NCBI GenBank assembly: GCA_951812955.1
Contig: OX638340.1
Coordinates: 576,001-640,000 of the forward strand
Length of the DNA: 64,000 bases
From: an uncultured Gemmatimonadota bacterium
GTDB taxonomy: Bacteria; JAAXHH01
Direction of reading: 5' to 3'
Of the stretch, positions 20,001 to 28,451 are shown piece by piece; positions within the stretch are counted from its first letter, which is position 1, and every line of letters begins with the position of its first letter. Both the position numbers and the translations under genes were made by a program. The notes under the pieces are model-generated. The model was given only the letters and a program-made list of their open reading frames with translations. It was not told the DNA's origin and did not search any database.

Positions 20001-20163
20001 ACACCCCGAAATAGGGGGTGGCGACGAACACGATCGGTATGGTGATTGAAGGAGTGGATTCGCGCGGCAGCGAAAGGTAGGACATGAAACCGAGGAAGAT
20101 GACGGCCCCGGTCATGACGAAGATGCTGATTTTGTTTTTTATGGCGAGGTCAGAAACTCTCAA
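17008..20163 (-). CDS. RND (AcrB/HAE-type) efflux permease
   Basis: 1051 aa with 12-TM architecture and two large periplasmic loops; typical AcrB-family sequence throughout. TTG start. Gly/Glu-rich C-terminal tail. Confidence 0.9.
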   Translation of the reverse strand: MRVSDLAIKNKISIFVMTGAVIFLGFMSYLSLPRESTPSITIPIVFVATPYFGVSPADIENLVTQPLEKHLEELANVKEISSTSSEGISTVVIEFETDVDINNALQKVREEVDLARSEIPDDAEESTIREINFDDIPILVINVAGTHSLVTLKDIAEDLEQRIEQIAGVLDVTVAGGLEREVQVNVDPDRMVYYGLELEDIIETIRQENLNMPGGSIKTGTLRYAVRVPGEFTTPEEIGALVIKTFNRQPIAIGDVAEVRFGFKEVSTYARLDGLPCVSLNVQKRSGENLIQIADAVKELLDEERERLPKTINLAVLADQSKDIRSMISDLENNIISGLILVVCVLFMFMGVRNALFVAIAIPLSMLISFIVLDILGYTLNMVVLFSLILALGMLVDNAIVIVENIYRHREEGTPLVRAAREGVGEVAVPVCTSTLTTLCAFAPMLFWPGIIGDFMSYLPATLIITLSASLFVGLIINPTVCSVLLSVTRKREDQRWLMVLRRRYSRFLMWALAHRAVVMLVTCASLFGMIVLYAAIGKGVEFFPETEPNQAYIDVNSAIGTKLDVSNDIVRQAEDYIRDVPDMKQYVASVGASPNPQDFSAAGGGTPHKSRIIVDFFERQDRTQSSFLTVEMIRQRMERLIGADVEIITPQAGPPTAAPVNIEFVGEDFSVLGRLADEAMLMIENIPGLVDLKDDYDSGKPELTVEIDREQAALLELNTAKIARAVRTAINGTEASKYRVGEEEYDIIVRFAEPERSTFADLERIHIIHDDELVSLSSLAQTRVTGGVGSIKRKDQERVLTIAGDVEGRLANDVLEDVQTTLADLSLPEGYSLRYTGENVEQDEATDFLSKAFLIALILITLVLVTQFNSVTMPLIIMMSVVLSLIGVLFGLIVTATPFGIIMTGIGVISLAGVVVNNAIVLIDYIRKLRNRGLRKREAIVQGGVTRLRPVLLTAITTILGLIPLTTGLSFNFWTLTLEIGGESSQWWGPMGVAVIFGLAIATVLTLIVVPVMYDFISGWAERGGGGGGEAEEERGPDTGTAVEQPVAAV

Positions 20164-20208
20164 AGAATGACACTCCAGTGGATGCCGGTGGTGAATGCCG
20201 CCATCGCT

Positions 20209-21276
20209 TTACATTCTATCGTCTCTGACCTGAATGGACTCGCCGTTCACCAGGTTACGGTGGCCGACGACAATCAGGGTGTCACCGGCGGCCAGTCCAT
20301 CCGTTACAAGCACCTGGTCTCCCGAAATCGACCCCAGCGAAATCGGGACGGAACGTGCGACGCTTCCGTCCGCGACGAACACAATCCGGCCCTGATCGGT
20401 ATCGATCACCGCGTCCTGTGGAATGACGATCGCTTCCGGGATATAATCTTTGACGACGCGAATCGTTACGGCCATTTCAGGTTTCAGCAGGTGATCGGGG
20501 TTATCGAGCGTGATCTCAACCGGTACGGTGCGGCTGTCCGGATCCAGGGTCGTTCCGACGTAGGTTACGTCCGCCTCCACGCTGACGTCCGGATAGGCCG
20601 GAAACGCCAGTGCGGCGCGCGTGCCCACCGAGACGTGCTTCAGGTGGCGTTCAGGGACACCGGCCACGACTTTGACCCGGTCGATATCGACCACCTCCAC
20701 GAACTCCCGCCCTGGCGTGGCCAATTCACCCACCTCCATCATACGGCTGTCCACCACGCCGGAGATCGGCGACCGGATCACCGTTTTTCCCAGGTATGTC
20801 AGTGCCTGCTGGTGCCGCGCCCGGTCCATGTCGTTCCTGTACTGGGTGTCCAGGTACACGGATTCCGCAAGCGCCTTTTGTTCAAACAGTCTTTTCTGAT
20901 TGCGCAGGGCCAGGTCGCTGGCGTTAACCGCCGCTTCGGCTTCGTCCACCGCGGCTCTGAGCAACTCGTCGTCCAACCGCGCCAGTATGGTGTTCCGCGT
21001 AACCGATTCGCCTTTTTCAATCTCGATTTCCGTAATCAATCCGGTCGCTTCGATACTCACCACGACGCGCCGGGCCGGCTTGATCTCGCCCACGAGCCGG
21101 AGGTGATTGATGAATTCCCGAGGCTGGACGACCCGGGTCACCACATTCACGGCCCGCGTCTCCTTCACGGCGCCCGTATCGTTGGCGGCGCTGCCACTTT
21201 CACTGCAGCCCGCGGCCATCAGTACGCCTGCCAGGCATGCGGCCGAACCGAACCATTGCCAAACGCGGGTGATCAT
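20209..21276 (-). CDS. RND efflux periplasmic adaptor (membrane fusion protein)
   Basis: Lipoprotein signal 'LAGVLMAAGC'. Coiled-coil hairpin and beta-barrel regions ('VRSPISGVV', 'VPERHL'). GAGGAG SD. Confidence 0.85.
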   Translation of the reverse strand: MITRVWQWFGSAACLAGVLMAAGCSESGSAANDTGAVKETRAVNVVTRVVQPREFINHLRLVGEIKPARRVVVSIEATGLITEIEIEKGESVTRNTILARLDDELLRAAVDEAEAAVNASDLALRNQKRLFEQKALAESVYLDTQYRNDMDRARHQQALTYLGKTVIRSPISGVVDSRMMEVGELATPGREFVEVVDIDRVKVVAGVPERHLKHVSVGTRAALAFPAYPDVSVEADVTYVGTTLDPDSRTVPVEITLDNPDHLLKPEMAVTIRVVKDYIPEAIVIPQDAVIDTDQGRIVFVADGSVARSVPISLGSISGDQVLVTDGLAAGDTLIVVGHRNLVNGESIQVRDDRM

Positions 21277-21481
21277 CGATGACTGCTCCTCGTGTTCCTG
21301 CCATGTACCGTGTCAGCCCGTCAATACCGACTTGTGGGGCCGGCCCCAATAACGTAATATCAGGTAATCCTGTCAAGTACATCTATACAAGCGGGGAAGG
21401 CCCTTCATTCAATAAAACCGCGGTCCGTGCCGAAGCAGATTCTATCGGCCGGCGGCACGACGGGCCCGGCCTCGAATAGCC

Positions 21482-22699
21482 ATGTGGAAACAGTTCAACA
21501 ACCTAGCCTACCGGATCTTCTTCGCATACCGAAACCGGAAATCGCGCAGCAGGAGCCGGGGATGGGCGGTCCGGGCTCCACTCGCGGCCGAGGCGGGACC
21601 CAGGCCCGTGCTGTATGTGGCGTGGGGCCGCGTCGGGGACGTGGTTCTGAGCACGGGGCATCTGAAATGGTTGCGCCGGTGGTTTCACCCCAGTCCGGTC
21701 TGGTTCCTCGGAAGGTCGAGCGTGAAACCGATCGTCGAACCCCATGTCGACGTCTTCCTGCCGTTCCCGGTACCGTTTGAGCGGAATACCGGCTTCGGCA
21801 ACGTCCCCGCCGCGTCGCTCGGCCGCATGGCGAACCGATCGTTCCAATACCTCATTACGGACATCCACACGTTTTACGGCGGCCTGTTCACTCTGGATGG
21901 CCTGCTGGCCTCCGTGCGGGCGGAACGGAAGTTCGTCTACGAAGGATACCACCTGGGAAAAGACCTGGCTCCGGAGCGGCCTTATCCGGACGATTACGAG
22001 ATCGTGCCGAAGTACGGGGACCGGGATGACCGGGATACGGATTTCGCTGGTGGCCATATGTTGACACACAACGGCCATTACATCCGCCACGTGTTGGACC
22101 GCTGCGGTGTCGAGCCGGATGACGGGGCGCAGTGGCGTCCGGACCTTGGCCATGTCGGAGAGGGGACGGAGGAATGCCGCCGGTTGGGGATCGAACCGGG
22201 TGAATTCGTGGCCTGGCAGCCCACCAGCGCAAACAGGAGGAAAGACTACCCGTTGTCATGCTGGGCGGAGACGATCCGCGCATTTCCGGATCAGCAGTTT
22301 GTCGCGCTGGTCGAGCCGGGCGCCGCCGCCGGTCTGGACCAGGCCGCCTTGCCGGGCGTGCGCGTCGTCGAATCGGGTTTAGCCGTGGCGATGAAGCTGA
22401 TCAGGGAGGCGCGCCTGTTTGTCGGACTGGATTCCGGGCTGAGCCATATCTCGACGGTGCTGGGAACACCGACGGTGTGTGTCTGTCCGGACAGCCATCT
22501 CGGATACTTCTTTCCCTATCCCGACGGCTACGGCTTCACGAACCTGCGCACCGTCGCCCATCCGGACTACCTGTCGTGCCGGGGATGTTTCATGACTTGC
22601 GAACACGAACCCCTCATGTCGACGATCAGCCGGGGCGCGCTTTGCCTGCGCACATTGCCTCCCCGCCAGGTCATCGATGCGATAAAAGCCGCATTATAG
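21482..22699 (+). CDS. glycosyltransferase family 9 (heptosyltransferase-like) protein
   Basis: 'GRVGDVVLSTGHLKWLRRWFP' and 'FVGLDSGLSHISTVLGTPTVCV' match the GT9 pattern 'GD..l..p....Lr' / 'DSG..HlAaAlGtP.v'. Substrate unknown. Confidence 0.5.
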   Translation: MWKQFNNLAYRIFFAYRNRKSRSRSRGWAVRAPLAAEAGPRPVLYVAWGRVGDVVLSTGHLKWLRRWFHPSPVWFLGRSSVKPIVEPHVDVFLPFPVPFERNTGFGNVPAASLGRMANRSFQYLITDIHTFYGGLFTLDGLLASVRAERKFVYEGYHLGKDLAPERPYPDDYEIVPKYGDRDDRDTDFAGGHMLTHNGHYIRHVLDRCGVEPDDGAQWRPDLGHVGEGTEECRRLGIEPGEFVAWQPTSANRRKDYPLSCWAETIRAFPDQQFVALVEPGAAAGLDQAALPGVRVVESGLAVAMKLIREARLFVGLDSGLSHISTVLGTPTVCVCPDSHLGYFFPYPDGYGFTNLRTVAHPDYLSCRGCFMTCEHEPLMSTISRGALCLRTLPPRQVIDAIKAAL

Positions 22700-22706
22700 T
22701 TCGAAT

Positions 22707-22755
22707 GTCGCCTCCCGCGTCCGCCTTTCCTGTTGTTCGCCTCCCGCGTCCGCCT
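22707..22755. repeat. 20-bp perfect direct repeat TCGCCTCCCGCGTCCGCCTT (two copies, 29-bp period)
   Basis: Copies at 22707-22726 and 22736-22755 in the 68-bp convergent gap. The CGCGTCCG core recurs at 22771-22784. Confidence 0.9.
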
Positions 22756-22767
22756 TACCCGTCCGGC

Positions 22768-24711
22768 TCACGCGTCCGCGTCCGTTCTCAGATCGACCCG
22801 GACCGGGTGGGCCAGCGCGATGAGATCTTCGATATCGAACGAGGCGAGCAGGCCGAAACAGAAGAGCGGCGACAGCGTTTCATACCGTCCCGGTTCATCG
22901 ATCAGCCGTTGAAGGCTTGCAAGTCCCCGGCGCAGCTCGATTTCTTCCACCGCGTGACTGCTCAGGGACGATGCCATGAGCGCGACTACAGAAGAAGCGG
23001 GACCCACGGCCGTCAAGCCGGACAGGGCTGCTGCCTCGTGATCCAAGACCGCCGCGAGCTGCGCGACCTGCAGCCCCAGCATCCTTTCGCCGCCCGATGA
23101 GAGCATCATCGTCCACTGATGCGGCGCCTTGCCCAGTTCACACGCGCCCTGCATGACCACTTCCACCACCATGGCCGCGTTCCCTTCCCGCAGGGCTTCC
23201 GCTACCGGGGCCGACGCGCCCCGGCTTCCGGCGTCCGTCAGGATCAGTCGCTTTTTCGCGTATTCCCGCGTCGATGGAACGGTGGTACGGACAGGAAGCA
23301 CCCAGCCGTCCCGCAAATGGCAATGGCTGTAAGTCGTTTGGCGGCCGTCGCCGGATTCCGATGCCTGCTTGATCATTTCTTCAACCGGGAAGGGCCGGTA
23401 ACGTAGAATGGATCTGAGCCGGTCCCGTCCCGCCTTCTGCCATCGGCGCATCGCGGCCGGTTCCCCTGGTGGCTTTACGCGTTTCAGCCCAAGCGCCTCG
23501 GACCGGGCCAGGGTAACGAAATCGGCGTTTCCAATCGGCGTTCCTACGGTCAGTTCTTCTTCGGAACGCACCTCGTCGGCCGAGGGGATCTCCTCGTCGC
23601 GGCCGCACGCGCCCGGCAGAAAATGCCGGTTCAGGAACCGGTAGAAACTCTCCCTGTGCTCCCGTTCGTAGTTGTGGGTGCCCGGGTCGATGTTGTTGTG
23701 GAATTCAAAGGCATCCTGCCTTCCGTACGACGCGTAAAGCGGCCGGACCGGTTCGTAGACGGATGGTCTGGCCCTGGCGGTCTGGAAGCAGCAGTCGTCA
23801 TATTCGTTATACAGCAGCAGGGCCGGGCGCGGCGCAAGCATGGCCGTGAGTACAGGATAATCGGCCGTGGAGGCGAGATCCGCGGCATTCTGTTCGATGT
23901 CGCCGCGGTCGGCCGGGTGTTTGATCCGGCTGTCCAGGCCGATGTAACCGGCATTGGGCGCGGCGAGACGCACCCGCGTGTCCAGGGCGGCCAGGATAAT
24001 CGTCTGCCATCCGCCGCCGGACAGTCCGGTCACGGCTATACGCTCCGGATCGACATGTTCCTGATTCAGCAGCACGTCCAGCGCTCGGCTCATGGCGAGG
24101 TAGAAAACGGCGATACCGGCAACTCCGCACAGGTCCAGGTAAGCTGCGTTGTTGTGCTGGTAGCCCGGTCCCTGCAACTCGCCGAACCCCAGCCACTCGG
24201 GGTTCAGCGCTACCATGCCCCGCTTGGCCAGGTTGATGCATCGTTCCTGCTTGTAGTCCACCGCTTTGCCCGGGGGACCGACATGCCCGTTCAGGTTCAG
24301 CACCCCCGGCGTTGTATCTCCTAAATCATCCGGTTCATAAAGCAGCGCCGGGATGACGAGACCGGGCTGACCGGGCCAACCGGGCCGACCAGTACTGGCA
24401 GGACTACCGGGCAACGCGTGGTAGGTCAGCTTGCGGATCCGGTATCCTTTGCCGGTCTCGATCACGTCTTTCCACTCGACACGGAGCGCTCCCTCTCGCC
24501 ATTCGTCGGGAACGCCCTTGAAAATAACCTCCTCCAGCATGGTCCGACGCATCTTCGCGGCTTCTGCGTCCCAGGTATTCGCATCTGGAAGCCTGAAACC
24601 GGGAATACGGCCCAGCATATAAGTTCGGAGGGTCTCCATGGCATCGGGTTCACTGCGTGACGGCGATGGCCGCATTACCGCCCTGTCGTCATCCCGATCC
24701 GTTTCATTCAT
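22768..24711 (-). CDS. alpha/beta hydrolase (acetyl-xylan-esterase / dienelactone-hydrolase-like) with C-terminal extension
   Basis: Nucleophile elbow 'AVTGLSGGGWQT'. ATG 24711 has GAGGAG 8 nt upstream and overlaps the transglutaminase stop (ATGAATGA). Confidence 0.6.
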   Translation of the reverse strand: MNETDRDDDRAVMRPSPSRSEPDAMETLRTYMLGRIPGFRLPDANTWDAEAAKMRRTMLEEVIFKGVPDEWREGALRVEWKDVIETGKGYRIRKLTYHALPGSPASTGRPGWPGQPGLVIPALLYEPDDLGDTTPGVLNLNGHVGPPGKAVDYKQERCINLAKRGMVALNPEWLGFGELQGPGYQHNNAAYLDLCGVAGIAVFYLAMSRALDVLLNQEHVDPERIAVTGLSGGGWQTIILAALDTRVRLAAPNAGYIGLDSRIKHPADRGDIEQNAADLASTADYPVLTAMLAPRPALLLYNEYDDCCFQTARARPSVYEPVRPLYASYGRQDAFEFHNNIDPGTHNYEREHRESFYRFLNRHFLPGACGRDEEIPSADEVRSEEELTVGTPIGNADFVTLARSEALGLKRVKPPGEPAAMRRWQKAGRDRLRSILRYRPFPVEEMIKQASESGDGRQTTYSHCHLRDGWVLPVRTTVPSTREYAKKRLILTDAGSRGASAPVAEALREGNAAMVVEVVMQGACELGKAPHQWTMMLSSGGERMLGLQVAQLAAVLDHEAAALSGLTAVGPASSVVALMASSLSSHAVEEIELRRGLASLQRLIDEPGRYETLSPLFCFGLLASFDIEDLIALAHPVRVDLRTDADA

Positions 24712-25621
24712 CGGCGCGTCTCCTCTCGACCGGATTGCGCCGTATCGGGTTATTTTCCGAAAGAGGCCGCATGGTCACAGCTACTTCGATCTCGATCTCA
24801 CCACCGCCCTGCAACACGCCGTGCGTGGGAGAAACGTCCCTGTAATCTCTACCCACGGCCACGCGCACATACCGCTCATCGACCAGGGTTGCATTCGTGG
24901 GATCGAATGCGGTCCAGCCGAGTTCGGGCAACTGGCACTCCACCCAGGCGTGCGTGGTCGTCATTCCATCTCCGCTGACTTCCGCTGCAACGTCATGGAG
25001 ATAGCCGGATACGTACCGGGCGGGTATGCCCCAGGTACGCGCGATGGCGATCATGACGTGGGCGTAATCCTGGCAGACGCCGCGTCCGCTATCCAGTATA
25101 TGTTCAATTGTCGAGGAAAACGTAGTGGTTCCAGGATCATAGTGGAAGCGATCGTACAGCGTGGCCGAAAGCCGCCCCAACGCGTTCAGCGGGTCGTCCG
25201 TGGGCTTGATCCCGTTCTCTCGAACGAAGCGTTCAAGGACTGATGAAGGCCTGGCCAGGGCGCTATGGTCCAGAAAAACCCGATGATGAAACGAGTTGCG
25301 CCAACCCCTGATGGTCGCCCATGCCTCGTCTTCTATACGCTCCGAAGATGATTCGCAAGGAGTCACATCGACCGTGGATCGTGCCGTGATTACCAGTGAC
25401 CGGTGTTCGCGGTACAGGTGAAACTGGTGCCTGGTATTTCCGAAACTGTCCTCGACTTGAAAGAGCGATCCGGTCGGCTCCGTATCGATCCGGAAACCAG
25501 ATACGCGCTGTCTGCGGTCTTCCGTCGGTTTCAAAGCCAGCGACATCGCGCAGTTGCGCACGGGAATGCCGTAGCGGTATTTCGTGACGTGTTCGAGTTC
25601 GTAACGTACGTTTCCGACCAT
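24704..25621 (-). CDS. transglutaminase-like cysteine peptidase family protein
   Basis: N-terminal 'YELEHVTKYRY' (Bact_transglu_N type). Core 'GRGVCQDYAHVMIAIARTWGIPARYVSGY' with catalytic Cys; 'HAWVE' His. Confidence 0.85.
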   Translation of the reverse strand: MVGNVRYELEHVTKYRYGIPVRNCAMSLALKPTEDRRQRVSGFRIDTEPTGSLFQVEDSFGNTRHQFHLYREHRSLVITARSTVDVTPCESSSERIEDEAWATIRGWRNSFHHRVFLDHSALARPSSVLERFVRENGIKPTDDPLNALGRLSATLYDRFHYDPGTTTFSSTIEHILDSGRGVCQDYAHVMIAIARTWGIPARYVSGYLHDVAAEVSGDGMTTTHAWVECQLPELGWTAFDPTNATLVDERYVRVAVGRDYRDVSPTHGVLQGGGEIEIEVAVTMRPLSENNPIRRNPVERRRADE

Positions 25622-25625
25622 GGCG

Positions 25626-26594
25626 TCAGTGAGCCGGTAGAATCTCCAGCGGGTAGTCTATGTATGCGTCTATGACAAGGTGATGGAGTTTTTTGCTGTC
25701 GGCATGTACCCGGTCGAGTACCGGTTGCCATACCGCTACGTCGTTCCGGCGTGCCGTTACGCATTTGCACAGCGTGTCGCCCAGTCCAAGCGCTTCCCGG
25801 CTCGAATTCGGCGCCGGACCGTGGCCTATGGCGCGCAAAACTTCGGCGGCCGAATCGACGGAACGGCGGATCGAAGCAGGAAGCAGGCCATCTGTTACGA
25901 GCAGATCCAGCACCTGGCCGGGCTGGACCACCACGCTGTAGGTATGCACGTAGGCGTCGAATGCGTGAAACGCGTGCAGCAGGTTCGCCCAGTCCGCGTC
26001 GAAGGATTCGTCCTGCCGGCCGTGATCGGCGATCTGCGCGAGCATGACCGCGGCGGAGAGCTGCACCCTTTCGATATATCTACCCAGCTGAATGAAATGC
26101 CAGCCTTCGTCGCGGTACATGGTGGCGTCGGTCACGCCGGCAAACGTGTTGATTTCCACTGAAGTGCCGGCGTAAAACGACTCGGGGGTCGTCTTCCAGA
26201 TTTCCTGGATGTTCAGCTTCTGCAGGTGCAGATAGGCCGTGTTTAATGAAAGCCACATCTCCGCGCTGATGTAGTTGCGGACCTGCCTGGCGTTTTCCCT
26301 TGCGTACACGAAACAATTCCAGATGGAATCCGGATTCGTGGGCTCGAAGGTAAGATGGTCGGCAAGGGTGTACGAATCAGCGAGTGTGTAGTCATCACTG
26401 CGGAAGGCTTCAAGTGTGCCCGCGGGCGGCGCCTGGTTCATGCTGCGGTAAACCCGGTTCCAGCCGAAGTGGATTTCCCTCAGCGGACGATCCACGAGCG
26501 TTTCCACCTGCAGTTGCATCAAACGACACAGGTGCGCCGCACGTTCCAGGTATCTCCCCATCCAATAAAGACCTTGAGCGCTTCTGGACAGCAT
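25626..26594 (-). CDS. alpha-E domain protein (DUF403 type)
   Basis: 'MLSRSAQGLYWMGRYLERAAHLCRL' is the hallmark N-terminus. The start codon directly abuts the ATP-grasp stop (TAAATG). Confidence 0.8.
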   Translation of the reverse strand: MLSRSAQGLYWMGRYLERAAHLCRLMQLQVETLVDRPLREIHFGWNRVYRSMNQAPPAGTLEAFRSDDYTLADSYTLADHLTFEPTNPDSIWNCFVYARENARQVRNYISAEMWLSLNTAYLHLQKLNIQEIWKTTPESFYAGTSVEINTFAGVTDATMYRDEGWHFIQLGRYIERVQLSAAVMLAQIADHGRQDESFDADWANLLHAFHAFDAYVHTYSVVVQPGQVLDLLVTDGLLPASIRRSVDSAAEVLRAIGHGPAPNSSREALGLGDTLCKCVTARRNDVAVWQPVLDRVHADSKKLHHLVIDAYIDYPLEILPAH

Positions 26595-28028
26595 TTAATC
26601 TCCCAGGACCCAGATGTCTTTGCCTCCCCCGCCCTGGCTGGAGTTCACGACGAGACTTCCCTCACGCAGCGCCACACGGCAGAATGCCCCCGGGACGATG
26701 CGCGTCTCGCGTCCGTGCAGGACAAAAGGGCGCAGGTCCACGTGTCGCGCCGCGGCGCGGCCCTCGATCATGCAGGGAGCGCGTGAAAGGTCGAGCACGG
26801 GTTGCGCAATGAAATCGGCCGGATTTTCCAGGATCTCGCGGATGTAGGCATCCCGCACCGCAGAGGTCGATCGGGGACCGACCAGCATGCCATAGCCCCC
26901 GGACTCGCCCACCCTTTTAACGATGAGATCCTCCAGATTGTCCAGCGTGTATTCCAGGTCTTCCTCCCTCCGGCAGATGTAGGTTTTTACGTTCATAAGC
27001 AGCGGTTCTTCGCCCAGATAGTAACGTATCATGTCCGGAACGTAGGCGTACACGCTCTTGTCGTCTGCAACCCCCGTGCCCGGTGCATTCGCCAGGGTAA
27101 CGTTTCCGGCCCGATAGACTCCCATCAGCCCGGGAAGTCCCAGCAGAGAGTCCGGACGGAAAACCAAAGGGTCAAGGAAGTCGTCGTCCACCCGCCGGTA
27201 TATGACGTCCACCTTGCGCAGGCCCGACGTGGTGCGCATGTACACGTAACCCCCGTTGACAAGCAGGTCCCGGCCTTCTACCAGGGTCGCACCGATCTCT
27301 TCGGCCAGGTAAATATGTTCGTAGAACGCCGAATTGTATACGCCAGGCGTCAGCAAAACCACGCACGGATCGGGATCTTCCCGGGGTGCGAGTTCCTTCA
27401 GGATTTCACGAAGCAGGCGGCCGTAGTGCTCGACCTCCTGTACCCGGCAACTGCGATAAAGCCTTCGAAGATTGGCCTTCACCGCCTTCCGGTTGGCGAC
27501 CATGTAGGACACGCCGGAGGGCACACGGAGGTTGTCCTCGAGGACGTGGAACCCCTCGTTCGTGCGCACCAGATCCGTTCCACAGACGGCGACATACGTG
27601 CCGTGGGGGACGTTTATGCCCCGCATTTCCACGCGATACTGGGGACAACCGTGCACCATGTCGACGGGAATGACCCCGTCCTCGACGATACGGGCTGATC
27701 CGTAGATGTCGGCCAGGAAAAGGTTCAGGGCTTTCAGGCGCTGGGTAAGTCCGGCTTCGAGTTGCCGCCATTCCCCGGCTGTGATAAGACGGGGTAGACA
27801 GTCGACCGGCATAATTCGTTCATTGGCCTCATCGCCGCCGTAGACTGTAAACGTGATGCCTTCGCTGGAAAAGGAATGGGTGACCCTTTCCTGCATGCGA
27901 ACGAGTTCTTCAACAGGAAGCCTGAGCAGGGAATCGTAGAGCGTACGGCAGTGATCACGGGGGTTGCCGTCGGGCTGGAACATCTCGTCGTAGAAAGCGC
28001 TGTCGATTTCGTAATCTTCAAAGTCCAT
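26595..28028 (-). CDS. circularly permuted type-2 ATP-grasp protein
   Basis: 477 aa. 'YRRVDDDFLDP', 'NAPGTGVADDKSVYAYVP' and 'VKRVGESGGYGMLVG' are characteristic of the DUF404/DUF407 ATP-grasp family. AGGAGA SD. Confidence 0.85.
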   Translation of the reverse strand: MDFEDYEIDSAFYDEMFQPDGNPRDHCRTLYDSLLRLPVEELVRMQERVTHSFSSEGITFTVYGGDEANERIMPVDCLPRLITAGEWRQLEAGLTQRLKALNLFLADIYGSARIVEDGVIPVDMVHGCPQYRVEMRGINVPHGTYVAVCGTDLVRTNEGFHVLEDNLRVPSGVSYMVANRKAVKANLRRLYRSCRVQEVEHYGRLLREILKELAPREDPDPCVVLLTPGVYNSAFYEHIYLAEEIGATLVEGRDLLVNGGYVYMRTTSGLRKVDVIYRRVDDDFLDPLVFRPDSLLGLPGLMGVYRAGNVTLANAPGTGVADDKSVYAYVPDMIRYYLGEEPLLMNVKTYICRREEDLEYTLDNLEDLIVKRVGESGGYGMLVGPRSTSAVRDAYIREILENPADFIAQPVLDLSRAPCMIEGRAAARHVDLRPFVLHGRETRIVPGAFCRVALREGSLVVNSSQGGGGKDIWVLGD

Positions 28029-28451
28029 AACGAGGGTCTCCTATCTTTGGACCAGCGAGATCCTTGTCCTGGAACGGCAGGATATTTCGGGCTCAAAGGC
28101 GCCCTTCATACCTTGCTCATGCATTTATCACATCTTTCTCATGCTTTCTACTGCATAAGCATGTTATATGTGGTCATGCAATAGATCAAGCGAAGTTCTG
28201 AATCATCGCGATGCCGGCCAGACACGCAGAATTGATCCTGCACATTTGGAGAATTTCCAAACATTTTCAATACTGAAGTAAATTGAAACATTTTCATTGC
28301 GCTTTCCCTGTGCAGGGGTATTTTGCGTTTTAGTTCGAGTTAGCCAGCCGGTTTTCGTCACAGAATAGACAATTCAACAACCTCAAATTGCTACGCTTTA
28401 ATGTAATATGTTGATAACCGCGGGTTTATCCATCGTGCGGGAGGCGGACGA

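Noticed and set aside
21336-21347. Perfect 12-bp palindrome GGGGCCGGCCCC upstream of the RND operon, considered as an operator
   Set aside because: No adjacent regulator (TetR type) is present, no second half-site pattern is visible, and such GC palindromes arise easily in GC-rich DNA. The evidence is insufficient.
28029-28451. Metal riboswitch (NiCo, Mn yybP-ykoY or Mg type) in the long leader of the permease::SPFH gene
   Set aside because: I could not recognise any conserved riboswitch core by eye. I found only short hairpins (for example CCCTGTGCAGGG). It needs a covariance-model scan, so it is left as a check under the control-region finding.
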